This document shows positions 10,282-19,952 of a DNA stretch of 40,603 bases, piece by piece (positions within the stretch are counted from its first letter, which is position 1; every line of letters begins with the position of its first letter). Under the pieces are notes generated by a model. The model did not search any database. It saw only the letters and a program-made list of their open reading frames with translations, and was not told the DNA's origin. Origin of the DNA: Coleofasciculus chthonoplastes F2-STO-03 (GTDB taxonomy: Bacteria > Cyanobacteriota > Cyanobacteriia > Cyanobacteriales > Coleofasciculaceae); the NCBI GenBank assembly GCA_040222015.1, contig JAVJWO010000027.1, forward strand, positions 1 through 40,603. Direction: 5' to 3'. The position numbers and the translations under genes are program-made.

Positions 10282-10857
10282 TTACCAAAGAGAACGTAAA
10301 TCTAGGGTAAATCCGGGTAAAACCTCTTCTCCAGACAGAGTAGCTGGAGCATCTAAAATTTCAACATTTTGCTGGGGACGATAAATTTCTATTCTTCTTT
10401 GTTCCGGCGCAATTAACCACCCCAAACGGACGCCATTTTCCCTATATTCCTTCATTTTATCCTGCGTCGATTTTAAAGTATCTGAAGGAGACATCAGTTC
10501 CACAACAAAATCGGGGCAAATTGGCGGAAACTTGGTTCTTTGTTCTGGAGACAAAGCATCCCACCGTTCCTGTCTCACCCAAGCTAAATCCGGAGAACGA
10601 TTAGCGCCATTGGGAAGTTTAAAACAGGTTGAGGAGTCAAAGCCAACTCCTAATCGAGTTCGGCGATTCCATATCCCAAAATCAATGACAAGTTCAAAGT
10701 TTTGATTTCCGGTTTCTCCGCCAGTGGGGGGCATAATAATTAATTCTCCGTGGGAATTGCGTTCAAATTTCAGATCAGGATTAGCCCGACATAATTGATA
10801 AAATTGGTCATCGGTAAGCTGAATAATCGGGTTAAAATCTATAGTATAAGCCGTCAT
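10282..10857 (-). CDS. Uma2 (DUF820) family PD-(D/E)xK endonuclease-like protein
   Basis: Motifs FDSSTCFKLPNGANRSPD, CPDFVVELMSPSD, KMKEYRENGVRLGWLI and LSGEEVLPGF. Start set to ATG 10857. Confidence 0.93.
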   Translation of the reverse strand: MTAYTIDFNPIIQLTDDQFYQLCRANPDLKFERNSHGELIIMPPTGGETGNQNFELVIDFGIWNRRTRLGVGFDSSTCFKLPNGANRSPDLAWVRQERWDALSPEQRTKFPPICPDFVVELMSPSDTLKSTQDKMKEYRENGVRLGWLIAPEQRRIEIYRPQQNVEILDAPATLSGEEVLPGFTLDLRSLW

Positions 10858-10936
10858 TTTAGTTTTACCTGTTAACTCCACTTAATTGGATTCATCCCCT
10901 ATCTTCGGTCATGCTCTGACACCGCCTACATTTAGA

Positions 10937-11118
10937 CTGGGGCGAGTCGAGTTAGGTTAATTCTCATACCTCTACATTTAAGCAGCGACTCGCCCCTACA
11001 ATTGTGATCATCTCAATTTCTCTGATCATCCGTTTGGTCAAATTAATAATCGGTAGGGGCGAATCGCTTGCATTACTTAATAATACCCGTCTATTCAATT
11101 TACTCGGGTCGCTCTTAC
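10937..11118. repeat. Two REP/REPIN-like long hairpins (GGGGCGAGTCG...CGACTCGCCCCTAC; GTAGGGGCGAATCG...)
   Basis: An 11-bp perfect inverted repeat at about 10937-10997, followed by a second degenerate GTAG copy at about 11052. Confidence 0.65.
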
Positions 11119-11381
11119 TCAGGTTGCCCATCGCACATTTGCCTATATTTTAAATGGGTTGGGTTATAGTCGCCAAAGGAACCTCGATCGCACCTCCACC
11201 CTCAATACATTACATCTAACGCCAAGATATCCCATATTCGGATAACCAATCGGAGCGGACGTTGTTGTTTTAGGTCGTGATATATCACACTAAAAGAAGA
11301 AAGTCAAACTCACCGCTGTTTTACCCTGTCGTCCTTATGCCACCAATCCCATGCTGGACGAACCCCGAACAACGTTTCCCA

Positions 11382-14300
11382 ATGATTGAAACCAAACAAC
11401 CCGAAGACGTAGCCGACTATAACCAGAGTTCATTGAACGCCCTCGATCGCGCGATCGCCTTTTCTCAGGGGGAGTTCTCCCTTGTCTTAGTGCGCTGTAA
11501 TTACAAGCGTTTGCAAAAGCGTATTTTACACCAACTGCACGAACGCGCTCAAGGTCGATATCAAATACAGGAATTAGTTCTCCCCGAATCCGTCACCACC
11601 CTTTACACCACGATTCAGAATTATGTAGACAAAAATCAGCCTGTAGAGACGCGCCATGGCGCGTCTAGCAATAAGGTTTTAGGGACTCCTCCTGCTTTAA
11701 TTATCCTAGGACTCGAATCCGTGGAAGCTCTGGATGATTTACTCTCCTCCACCAATCAAGTGCGGGATGAATTTCGCAAACGTTTACCCTTCCCCCTAGT
11801 CTTGTGGGTGAATGACGAAGTATTGCACAAACTCGTCCGTTCTGCCCCTGATTTTAGCAGTTGGGCGGCAACTCCAATTAAGTTTGAAATTGCTACTGAT
11901 GAACTCCTTGATTTGCTGCAACAAAAAGCAGAATCCCTCTTCAAAACTGTATTAAAAGGAACTCCGGGACGATATGCGCCGTGGCGTATCTGTACCCACC
12001 ATGCCAATCTCAATTTAGCCACAGGATGTCGCTCACGCGCCGAACTTGATTGCGCCCTCCATGACTTAGAACAGCGCCAAGAAACGATTACTCCAGAACT
12101 AGAAGCGAGTCTGCAATTTGTTTTAGGGCAATATGATTATGCCAATGATTATATCGATGCCGCCGTTATCCGTTACCAAAAAAGCTTACGGTATTGGCGT
12201 ATTACCAATAACTTAGAACGTCAAGGCGTTCTCCTATTTCATTTAGGCTTATGTTATTGCCGGAATGCTGACTTACATCGGGCGCAACGACACCGCAACT
12301 GGGAAGAAGCTTGGCCCTATCTTCAGCAAGCAGTTGAGGCGTTTGAACGGGCGGAACGTCCAGATTTGGTGGCGCAGTTTATTACCCAACAAGCGGAAGT
12401 CTTGCAACATTTGGAAGGCTGGGATTCTCTCCAACACGTCGCCCAAAAATGTTTACAAGTCCATCAACACTACAGTTCCCCCGTGCAACTGGGGCAAGAT
12501 TATGGCTTTTTAGCAGAAGTGGCGCTAGTAAAACGGCGGTGGAGAGATGCCAATCACTGGGCGCGACAAGCCCTGTGGCTATTAGAATCTGTCTCGGATC
12601 AACTTCAAGACTACCAAGGCTTACATCCCTATCTATTGACTCAACTCTATCAACTCATCGTTGTCAAATCCTATCATCAGTTGCGTCAATCAGCGGAAGC
12701 AACTCACCATCTGAACCGGGCGAGTCAAGACTTAGCGGATGCGATTGCCAAAAGCGATTATCTTTATGAACCCCAACGTTACTTATATCTCCTGGAAAAC
12801 TTACGGCGGCTTTACTTCGAGCAACACCGTTACTTAGAAGCATTTCAGATTAAACAAGAACAAGGGGCAGTCGAACAACTCTATGGATTTCGTGCCTTCA
12901 TTGGTGCGGCTCGTCTCCAGCCTCGACGAGCCGTATCTAATCCTACCTTAACCCCAGTCGAACAGCAAGAAATTGTGGCACAAGAAATAGCCGCATCCGG
13001 GCGTCAACATGATGTACAACGTTTAATTGAACGGTTAAGCCGGGCGGATTGCCAATTAACAGTAATTCATGGACCTTCTGGCGTCGGTAAGAGTTCCATC
13101 GTTTCCGCTGGCTTAGTGCCTGCCCTAAAGCATAGAGCATTAGGCGATCGCTTAGTGTTACCTGTGGTACTGCAAGTGTACACCGATTGGATTAAGGAAC
13201 TGGATAAAGGCGTCAGAACCGCCCTATCTGGGTTAACCCCCCGTAAATCTGACCAATTTGCCGCCACAGAAATCATTGGCGACGATAATTCCGATGAATC
13301 AATTCTCAACCAACTGATAGCACAGTTACGAGATAACGCGGATCGCAATATCTTAACGGTGTTAATCTTTGACCAATTTGAGGAGTTTTTCCTGGGACAT
13401 GCCTCTGCCCAGCAAACGCGCTTATTTAGTCAGTTTTTCCAGACTTGTTTAGATCTCTCCTTTGTCAAAGTTATTATTTCCATTCGCGAAGACTTCTTAC
13501 ACTACTTATTAGACTTCGAGAAACTGAATCTAGAGGCAATCGACAATAACATATTAGATCGCAAAAATCGCTACCCGTTAGGGAACTTTTCCCGCCCCGA
13601 TGCCCGGGCGGTGATCCAAAGCCTCACCGAACGCGCCCATTTTTACCTAGAACCCGGATTAATTGATGCCTTAGTTCAAGATTTAGGTCGAGAACTGGGA
13701 GAAGTCCGTCCGATTGAATTGCAAGTGGTGGGGGCGCAGCTACAAGCTGAAAATATCACCACGCTGGCACAATATCGGCAACGGGGTCCCGTGGAAAAGC
13801 TGGCGGAACGTTTCCTGGAAAAAGCCCTAAAAGACTGTGGCGCAGAAAACGAACAGGCGGCTTGGCTGGTGTTGCAACTTCTCACCGATGAAAATAATAA
13901 TCGTCCCTTAAAAACCCGTGCCGAATTAGTGATTGAATCGGATATTGACGCCCAGCCCCTGGATTTAATCTTAGAAATATTAGAGAAATCCGGCTTAGTC
14001 TTCCTGTTACCCGAAATCCCCACCCATCGCTATCAACTGGTTCACGATTACTTGGTAGAATTTATCCGCCAGAATGAACAAAATAGTTTACGGAAAGAAC
14101 TGGAAGAACTGCGGCAAAAAGATAAAGAGAGTCAAACTAAAATCCAACAACTGATTCGGGAAAAAAGCCTGCGGTCTAAATTATCAGCGGCGACAAAAAA
14201 ACATGCGGCGGCGGTGGAAAAACAACAGCAAGCTGAGGGGAAATTGAACCAAGTTCTACGACGCCGTTTGCAAGAAGCCCGAATTGCGGGTGTGACGTTA

Positions 14301-16382
14301 GCTACCCTGGCGGTGATTGCCGTCGGACTGGTATTTCGGGCAGTATTTAGTGAAACCAACGCCCGATTAATTGCTCTGAATGCTTCAGCTGAAGCCTTGG
14401 TTGCTTCCAACCGTAAATTTGACGCCTTGCTGAAAAGTTTATCCGCTGCCAAAGACTTAAAACAAGCCCTGGGGGTGACACAGGAAACCCGGATGCGGGT
14501 GATTTCTACATTGCAACAGGTGGTATATGGCGTGAAAGAACGCAACCGTTTAACGGGACATAATGATTGGGTGAGTAGCGTTAGCTTTAGTCCCGATGGT
14601 GAGTTAATTGCTTCGGCGTCTCGGGATAAAACGATTAAACTGTGGAGTCAGCAGGGGAAATTGTTGAAAGACGTGGGGAAACATGAAGAGGGGGTGTATG
14701 CGGTGCGCTTCAGTCCCCAGGGTCAGATATTAGCGTCTGCCAGTGAGGATCATACCATTAAACTCTGGAGTCGAGATGGTAGATTATTAAGAACCTTAAC
14801 TGGACATCGCGATCGCGTCCACAGTATCAGCTTTAGTCCCGATGGTCAACGGCTTGTCTCGGCGAGTGAGGATAATACAATTAAACTTTGGCGTATCGAT
14901 GACGGAAAGCTGCTGAAAACCCTATCAGGTCATAATCATTGGGTGTTAGATGTTAGTTTCTCTCCCAATGGTCAGTTGATTGCTTCAGCCAGTCGTGATA
15001 AAACGATTAAACTGTGGCAATCGGATGGTACATTAGTCAAAACTTTAACTGCCCACAATCAACCCGTACTCGACATCAGTTTTAGTCCCGATGGGCAATA
15101 TTTTGTATCCGCCAGTGCAGATAAAACCGTTAAACTGTGGCGAACCGATGGCAGATTACTCAACACTTTATCCGGACATCAAGATGCTGTAATTACAGTC
15201 GCCTATCGTCCAGATGGTCAGATGATTGCCTCTGGAAGTGACGATAACACAATTAAACTCTGGCGTCCCGATGGCACATTAATCGACACCTTGCAGGGAC
15301 ATGGTAAGGCGATTCTGGGATTAGGATTCAGTCCCAATGGCAAAATTTTAGCCTCAGCTAGTGCCGATAATACGATCAAACTCTGGCAACTTGAGGGAGG
15401 AATGTTGCAACCGATTCCCGGACATAGCCAACCCATCAGCAGCGTTAGTTTTTCCCCCAATAGTCAGAGAATTGCTACCGCTAGCTGGGATAATACGGTA
15501 AAACTCTGGACTCGTCAGGGTAAATTACTCAAAACAATTGCGGCACATCAAAAGTCAGTTAATAGTGTTAGTTTTTCTGACAACGGTGAGACCCTAGCCA
15601 CAGGCAGTGACGACACAACAATTAAACTCTGGAATCAAGATGGAACCTGGCAGAAAACCTTGTCCGGACATAAGGATGGGGTAACCAGTGTTAATTTTAG
15701 TCCCGATGGTCAGCGACTCGTATCCAGTAGCGCAGATCAAACAATCAAACTGTGGCACATTGATGGCAAATTGGATAAAACCTTAATCGGTCATCAAGGG
15801 ACAGTGTGGGGAGTAAGTTTTAGTCCCGATGGGTCTTTAATTGCTTCAGCCTCTGACGATAAAACAGTGAAACTTTGGAGTCGTAACGGCAACTTTATCA
15901 AAACCTTAAGGGGACATAATGGAGCAGTCAATTGGGTCACCTTTAGCCCCGATGGTGAATTGATTGCCTCGGCGAGTAGTGATGGAACGGTGAATCTCTG
16001 GAATCGAGAGGGTGAATTCATGCATTCCTTGAAGGGACATAATGGAGCAGTCAATTGGGTGACATTTAGTCCCGATGGCGAGTTTATAGCCTCAGGGAGT
16101 GATGACAAAACTGTGAATCTTTGGAGTCGGTACACGGGGAATTTAATTAATTCATTTTCGGGTCATAAAGATGCCGTGTTTAGCGTGAGTTTTAGTCCCG
16201 ATGGTGATAGTTTGGCATCTGCGTCTCAAGACACAACCGTGATTCTGTGGAATTTGGATTTAGCGGATTTAATTGGACGTAGTTGTTATTGGTTAGACGA
16301 TTATTTACACAATAATTCAGAGTCGTTAACCCTTAATAATGCCAATCCCCAGGATTTTCGGGCATTGTGTGAGGGGAGATAG
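11382..16382 (+). CDS. Multidomain STAND NTPase: N-terminal degenerate P-loop-like domain, TPRs, nSTAND1-type ATPase, coiled coil/TM, about 14 WD40 repeats
   Basis: Walker A GPSGVGKSS, Walker B LIFDQFEEFF, RPIELQVVG, YQLVHDYL and repeated GH...SFSPDG..IASAS.D.TIKLW. Start probably ATG 11382. Confidence 0.9.
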   Translation: MIETKQPEDVADYNQSSLNALDRAIAFSQGEFSLVLVRCNYKRLQKRILHQLHERAQGRYQIQELVLPESVTTLYTTIQNYVDKNQPVETRHGASSNKVLGTPPALIILGLESVEALDDLLSSTNQVRDEFRKRLPFPLVLWVNDEVLHKLVRSAPDFSSWAATPIKFEIATDELLDLLQQKAESLFKTVLKGTPGRYAPWRICTHHANLNLATGCRSRAELDCALHDLEQRQETITPELEASLQFVLGQYDYANDYIDAAVIRYQKSLRYWRITNNLERQGVLLFHLGLCYCRNADLHRAQRHRNWEEAWPYLQQAVEAFERAERPDLVAQFITQQAEVLQHLEGWDSLQHVAQKCLQVHQHYSSPVQLGQDYGFLAEVALVKRRWRDANHWARQALWLLESVSDQLQDYQGLHPYLLTQLYQLIVVKSYHQLRQSAEATHHLNRASQDLADAIAKSDYLYEPQRYLYLLENLRRLYFEQHRYLEAFQIKQEQGAVEQLYGFRAFIGAARLQPRRAVSNPTLTPVEQQEIVAQEIAASGRQHDVQRLIERLSRADCQLTVIHGPSGVGKSSIVSAGLVPALKHRALGDRLVLPVVLQVYTDWIKELDKGVRTALSGLTPRKSDQFAATEIIGDDNSDESILNQLIAQLRDNADRNILTVLIFDQFEEFFLGHASAQQTRLFSQFFQTCLDLSFVKVIISIREDFLHYLLDFEKLNLEAIDNNILDRKNRYPLGNFSRPDARAVIQSLTERAHFYLEPGLIDALVQDLGRELGEVRPIELQVVGAQLQAENITTLAQYRQRGPVEKLAERFLEKALKDCGAENEQAAWLVLQLLTDENNNRPLKTRAELVIESDIDAQPLDLILEILEKSGLVFLLPEIPTHRYQLVHDYLVEFIRQNEQNSLRKELEELRQKDKESQTKIQQLIREKSLRSKLSAATKKHAAAVEKQQQAEGKLNQVLRRRLQEARIAGVTLATLAVIAVGLVFRAVFSETNARLIALNASAEALVASNRKFDALLKSLSAAKDLKQALGVTQETRMRVISTLQQVVYGVKERNRLTGHNDWVSSVSFSPDGELIASASRDKTIKLWSQQGKLLKDVGKHEEGVYAVRFSPQGQILASASEDHTIKLWSRDGRLLRTLTGHRDRVHSISFSPDGQRLVSASEDNTIKLWRIDDGKLLKTLSGHNHWVLDVSFSPNGQLIASASRDKTIKLWQSDGTLVKTLTAHNQPVLDISFSPDGQYFVSASADKTVKLWRTDGRLLNTLSGHQDAVITVAYRPDGQMIASGSDDNTIKLWRPDGTLIDTLQGHGKAILGLGFSPNGKILASASADNTIKLWQLEGGMLQPIPGHSQPISSVSFSPNSQRIATASWDNTVKLWTRQGKLLKTIAAHQKSVNSVSFSDNGETLATGSDDTTIKLWNQDGTWQKTLSGHKDGVTSVNFSPDGQRLVSSSADQTIKLWHIDGKLDKTLIGHQGTVWGVSFSPDGSLIASASDDKTVKLWSRNGNFIKTLRGHNGAVNWVTFSPDGELIASASSDGTVNLWNREGEFMHSLKGHNGAVNWVTFSPDGEFIASGSDDKTVNLWSRYTGNLINSFSGHKDAVFSVSFSPDGDSLASASQDTTVILWNLDLADLIGRSCYWLDDYLHNNSESLTLNNANPQDFRALCEGR
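11643..11666 (+). repeat. 24-bp GTAG REP inserted in frame in the STAND gene (VETRHGAS)
   Basis: GTAGAGACGCGCCATGGCGCGTCT is identical to the intergenic copies at 992-1015 and 38590-38613. Confidence 0.9.
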
Positions 16383-16506
16383 GGAATTTCACGTTCATCG
16401 TTCATGGTTCATCTTTCCTGGCAATCTAGTCGAATGATACTGAAATTTAAAAACAAGGTACAACGTCGAGAACAAGACACGGTAGCTGCCAACGTCCGAT
16501 AAAAAT

Positions 16507-16598
16507 AGGACTTACGCTTTCTTGACGGCACAGGCGCTACCTGTAGGGGCACGGCAATGCCGTGCCCCTACCATAAATGGCGTTTGTGCGTAAGTCCT
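16507..16598. mobile_element. MITE-like element with AGGACTTACGC TIRs and a central REP
   Basis: Perfect 11-bp inverted ends. Inner hairpin GTAGGGGCACGGCAATGCCGTGCCCCTAC at 16543-16571. Confidence 0.72.
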
Positions 16599-16693
16599 GA
16601 AAAATTTAGGATTGGACTCCAATGTAGTAAAATGTAGCCTGTAGAGATGTTGCTGGCAAGGTTTCTACAGTCCCCAATTCCCAAACCTTAATT

Positions 16694-17779
16694 ATGTCCA
16701 ACCCTTTTTTACTCAGCCGCGTTCTTTTACAGTTTAATTCGTCAGACGAAGACCTAATTAATGAACTATCAGCCGCCACATTCACACCGGATGGCAGTTT
16801 GTGGCTGGGTTCCGATGAAGGGATCAATGTTGAACGTCTATCGCTAATCGAACCTTGTGTTTTTGGTAATCACCAATCCTATTGTCTAGCCGATTTCATT
16901 GAACTGTTTAATCAAGATGATGAAATCGATATTGAAGGAATTGATTATGCCGACAATTATCTTTGGATAACGGGTTCCCACAGCACCAAACGCGGCAAAC
17001 CCAAGGGGAAAAATTTAGAAAAAGACATCCAACGCCTTGCCACGATTAAAACCGATGTGAATCGATATTTACTTACTCGTATTCCCATCGTGAATGGCGA
17101 ATTATTAAAGGTATCGTCTCTCCCGGATAATCCGGAATAAAAATTGACCGCCGCCTGCTTACAAAAGACAGACGCGAGTAATAGTCTCATGGATGCCTTA
17201 ATTGACGATATTCACTTAGGTCCCTTTGTGACGCATCCCTTACCCAGCAAAGATAATGGCTTAGATATCGAAGGATTGGCGGTGCGGGGCGATCGCGTGT
17301 TTTTAGGCTGTCGGGGTCCGGTTCTCCGGGGTTGGGCAGTTATCATCGAAATTAAAGTGGCTGAATCTGCACCCGGTATCTTAACCCTACAGGACATTGG
17401 GGACAACGGGAAACGCTATCTCAAGCACTTTATCGATCTTAATGGTTTAGGCGTGCGGGAACTCTGTTGGCAAGGAGACGATTTGCTGATTCTGGCTGGA
17501 CCAACAATGGACTTAGAAGGCGCTATCCGGGTATTCCGCCTCACGTCTATTTTAGACCGTTCCGCCGACAGTATAACGGGGCAAGTCACAGGAGAGTTAG
17601 AACCCCTGTTTGACTTACCCTTTACCCCAGGATGCGATCGCGCCGAAGGTTTAGCCTTGTTTCCCTGCTTAGGAGAATCAGATGCGCTGTTAATTGTTTA
17701 TGATTCCCCTAATCCTATTCGCCAAATTGAACCGAGTGCGATTTACGGAGACGTTTTTAGTGGAAACATTTTCGGCTAA
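16694..17779 (+). pseudogene. DUF3616-family (beta-propeller-like) protein interrupted by one in-frame TAA
   Basis: The two ORFs share a frame and are separated only by TAA at 17138-17140. Motifs EIDIEG, WITGSHS, NGLDIEGLAV, RGPVLRGWA and ILAGPTM. Confidence 0.8.
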
Positions 17780-17833
17780 TCGTGCTAAATACGTTAAGAT
17801 TCTCTAGATTTAGGATAGTTTAGCTTGCTCGGC

Positions 17834-17880
17834 GAGAAGCCTCACGATCTAATCTTTGATTGAATGTAGGAGGATGTCAC
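17834..17880 (+). mobile_element. IS200/IS605 right-end-like hairpin remnant
   Basis: GAGAAGCC...TAATCTTTGATT...GGAGGATGTCAC. It shares GGAGGATGTCA with 25892-25902. Confidence 0.55.
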
Positions 17881-17916
17881 GTAGGATCTAGTTATAGAGT
17901 GGGGGTGTTCTGGCAA

Positions 17917-18216
17917 TCAAGCAATTTTATGCCATAGCGTTTCCTGAACTTGACTCATCTCTTCCCGGACTTTTAGATAACTACAGGGAATACTATCGAT
18001 TACAGCCATTGCGGTTTCCCCATTGCTATGAAGTTCGAGTTGAGCTTGGAGAGGGGCTTCAAAGAATAAACGCTCCTGGGGAAATATAATTCGCTCAAAT
18101 CGCCAATTTGGGATATTGATAATCCGAGCGATTAAGGTTTTGCCCGTTCCATTTGTATAGTAACAAAGCATGAGATTACTACTGTCATTGAGCCGAGAGG
18201 GATAGAGTTGAGTCAT
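17917..18216 (-). CDS. DUF1830 domain protein
   Basis: The signature CYY.N.T...IARI.NIPNW.FER.IFP.ERL.FEAP..A.LE.H is present. Confidence 0.85.
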   Translation of the reverse strand: MTQLYPSRLNDSSNLMLCYYTNGTGKTLIARIINIPNWRFERIIFPQERLFFEAPLQAQLELHSNGETAMAVIDSIPCSYLKVREEMSQVQETLWHKIA

Positions 18217-18449
18217 GATTAAATAACCCCAGTAACGTTATCAGTTGGTTACAATTCTTACTCAGAAGAAGGATAAAGGATTAACAAAACGCTTTATCCT
18301 CCCCAAGTTTGACTTAAGAAGGCAAGCGCAGCGCGGTTTCAAATACCCACCAGTTCACAGGCTTACAAAAAAGCAGATACCAAAAACACGAGAGCCTTCT
18401 GCCTGCTGCCTTCTGTTTTATCCATAATTTCTATCAAGCACAGCTTCCC

Positions 18450-18839
18450 TTATGAAAAAGCGGGCGCAAAAAGATGGGTATAGTTCCAAGGCAAGGTATA
18501 GAATTGAACATTCGTCAAGGACGAGGGAGGATGCCAATCCGATTGACTATGTAGAATATACTCTATTCCCCAATGAGCATAGGTTTCCACCCGCAAACGT
18601 AGTTCTAAAGAATGGTAAGGGATTTTTGTTGGCACAGAACCATTTGCCGTTGTGTTTACCTGAGTATAAACTTCAGGAATAGCCGCCATCACATAGTCAA
18701 CCAGTCGTTGACGTACATCGGGCTGGGCAAATAGTTCGGTGTAGGGTTCATCACCATAAACTGCCAGGGCATTGTCAATTTCTTCATTCACTAATTGTAG
18801 TCCCAAGTCTACAACCGCTTTAGACAGTGATTTAGACAT
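18450..18839 (-). CDS. Hypothetical protein, divergent ComFB-like family
   Basis: LV.EEI..AL..Y...PY...FA.PD.RQ.L..YV...IP..Y resembles cyanobacterial ComFB-like proteins. Confidence 0.6.
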   Translation of the reverse strand: MSKSLSKAVVDLGLQLVNEEIDNALAVYGDEPYTELFAQPDVRQRLVDYVMAAIPEVYTQVNTTANGSVPTKIPYHSLELRLRVETYAHWGIEYILHSQSDWHPPSSLTNVQFYTLPWNYTHLFAPAFS

Positions 18840-19046
18840 TGTTCATTTCCTCAACTTGATGGCTTTCCTGCTGATATCAGAATGGATCTGTCGTCCACGG
18901 AAACACTGAAATTCAAGGACATTGAGTCAAAAAGGGAAATATCCCTGTGGGTCATTGCTGGATGAACATTACTGACTCTACAGGTTAAACGTAAAAAAAT
19001 TGGGGAATGACACTCAAGAGAATTTAGTGTTTTTCTAAAGAAAAGA

Positions 19047-19724
19047 TTAAGAAAAGGGTTTCAATCGATAACCAACGCTATGAACCGTCTCAATCAAATC
19101 ATCTGGCGCTCCCACCGCTTTGAGTTTGTGACGTAAGCTCTTAATGTGGGCTTTAACGGTATCTTCAAAAGGGGTTGCCTCTGATGTCCACAAATGCTCA
19201 ATGATGAACTCACGGTTGATGATCCGCTGACTATTTCGCAAAAACAACTCTAGGCAGGAATACTCCTTCGGGGTTAAATGTACAGGCTGTTGATTATAGG
19301 TTACTTGATGACGACTTGGATCAAGCTGTAATCGCTCCCACTCTAGTACTGGCGGTACTGAACATCCTCCCCGTCGCAACAGCGCTCGAATGCGAGCTAA
19401 TAGTTCTGGCAAATCAACGGGTTTGACCACATAGTCATCAGCGCCTGCATCTAAACTATTCACCTTATCCGTGCTGGTGTCAAGGGCTGTGATCATTAGA
19501 ATTGAGCCGTGATAGTCGCTAGAACGCAGACGCCGACACAAACTGATACCATCTAATTTAGGGAGCATGACATCTAGCAAAATTAAGTCATAATAGAGCC
19601 TTGTAATTTGTCGCCAGCCTGCTTCCCCATCATTGACAACATCAACATCATAATTTTGATCGACAAGCGCCTCTGTGAGGGCTTCTGCGAGCGCGATATC
19701 ATCTTCCACCAACAAGATTTTCAT
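19047..19724 (-). CDS. OmpR/PhoB-family response regulator
   Basis: MKILLVEDD, LLDVMLPKLDG, GADDYVVKP and a winged-helix end (IETVHSVGYRL). Confidence 0.95.
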   Translation of the reverse strand: MKILLVEDDIALAEALTEALVDQNYDVDVVNDGEAGWRQITRLYYDLILLDVMLPKLDGISLCRRLRSSDYHGSILMITALDTSTDKVNSLDAGADDYVVKPVDLPELLARIRALLRRGGCSVPPVLEWERLQLDPSRHQVTYNQQPVHLTPKEYSCLELFLRNSQRIINREFIIEHLWTSEATPFEDTVKAHIKSLRHKLKAVGAPDDLIETVHSVGYRLKPFS

Positions 19725-19903
19725 AGCCAATTAATTGAATAAATCGGTAAGCCAACTCAAGTAGATATAGCAGATGCGCTATAGCTTAATTCCCACTTTA
19801 CCAACCTTAACATTGGCTCTACTCATTCTCTAGAGCATCGATCCAGTGATCACAGTTAAGTAATCGGACGAGTGACGTAGCTTGCTTCTTTTCGGGAGCG
19901 AGT

Positions 19904-19952
19904 ATGACCAATGAAAAATGATAAATGATAAATGACAAGTAACAAATGACAC
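19904..19952 (+). repeat. STRR-type heptamer array (ATGANNA)n ending at the kinase start codon
   Basis: atgacca atgaaaa atgataa atgataa atgacaa gtaacaa atgacac. Confidence 0.8.

Noticed and set aside
14550..16260. Diversity-generating retroelement target in the WD40 repeats
   Set aside because: There is no reverse transcriptase and no template/variable repeat pair with adenine-specific differences.
17138..17140. Programmed readthrough or selenocysteine
   Set aside because: The codon is TAA and no recoding signal is evident.
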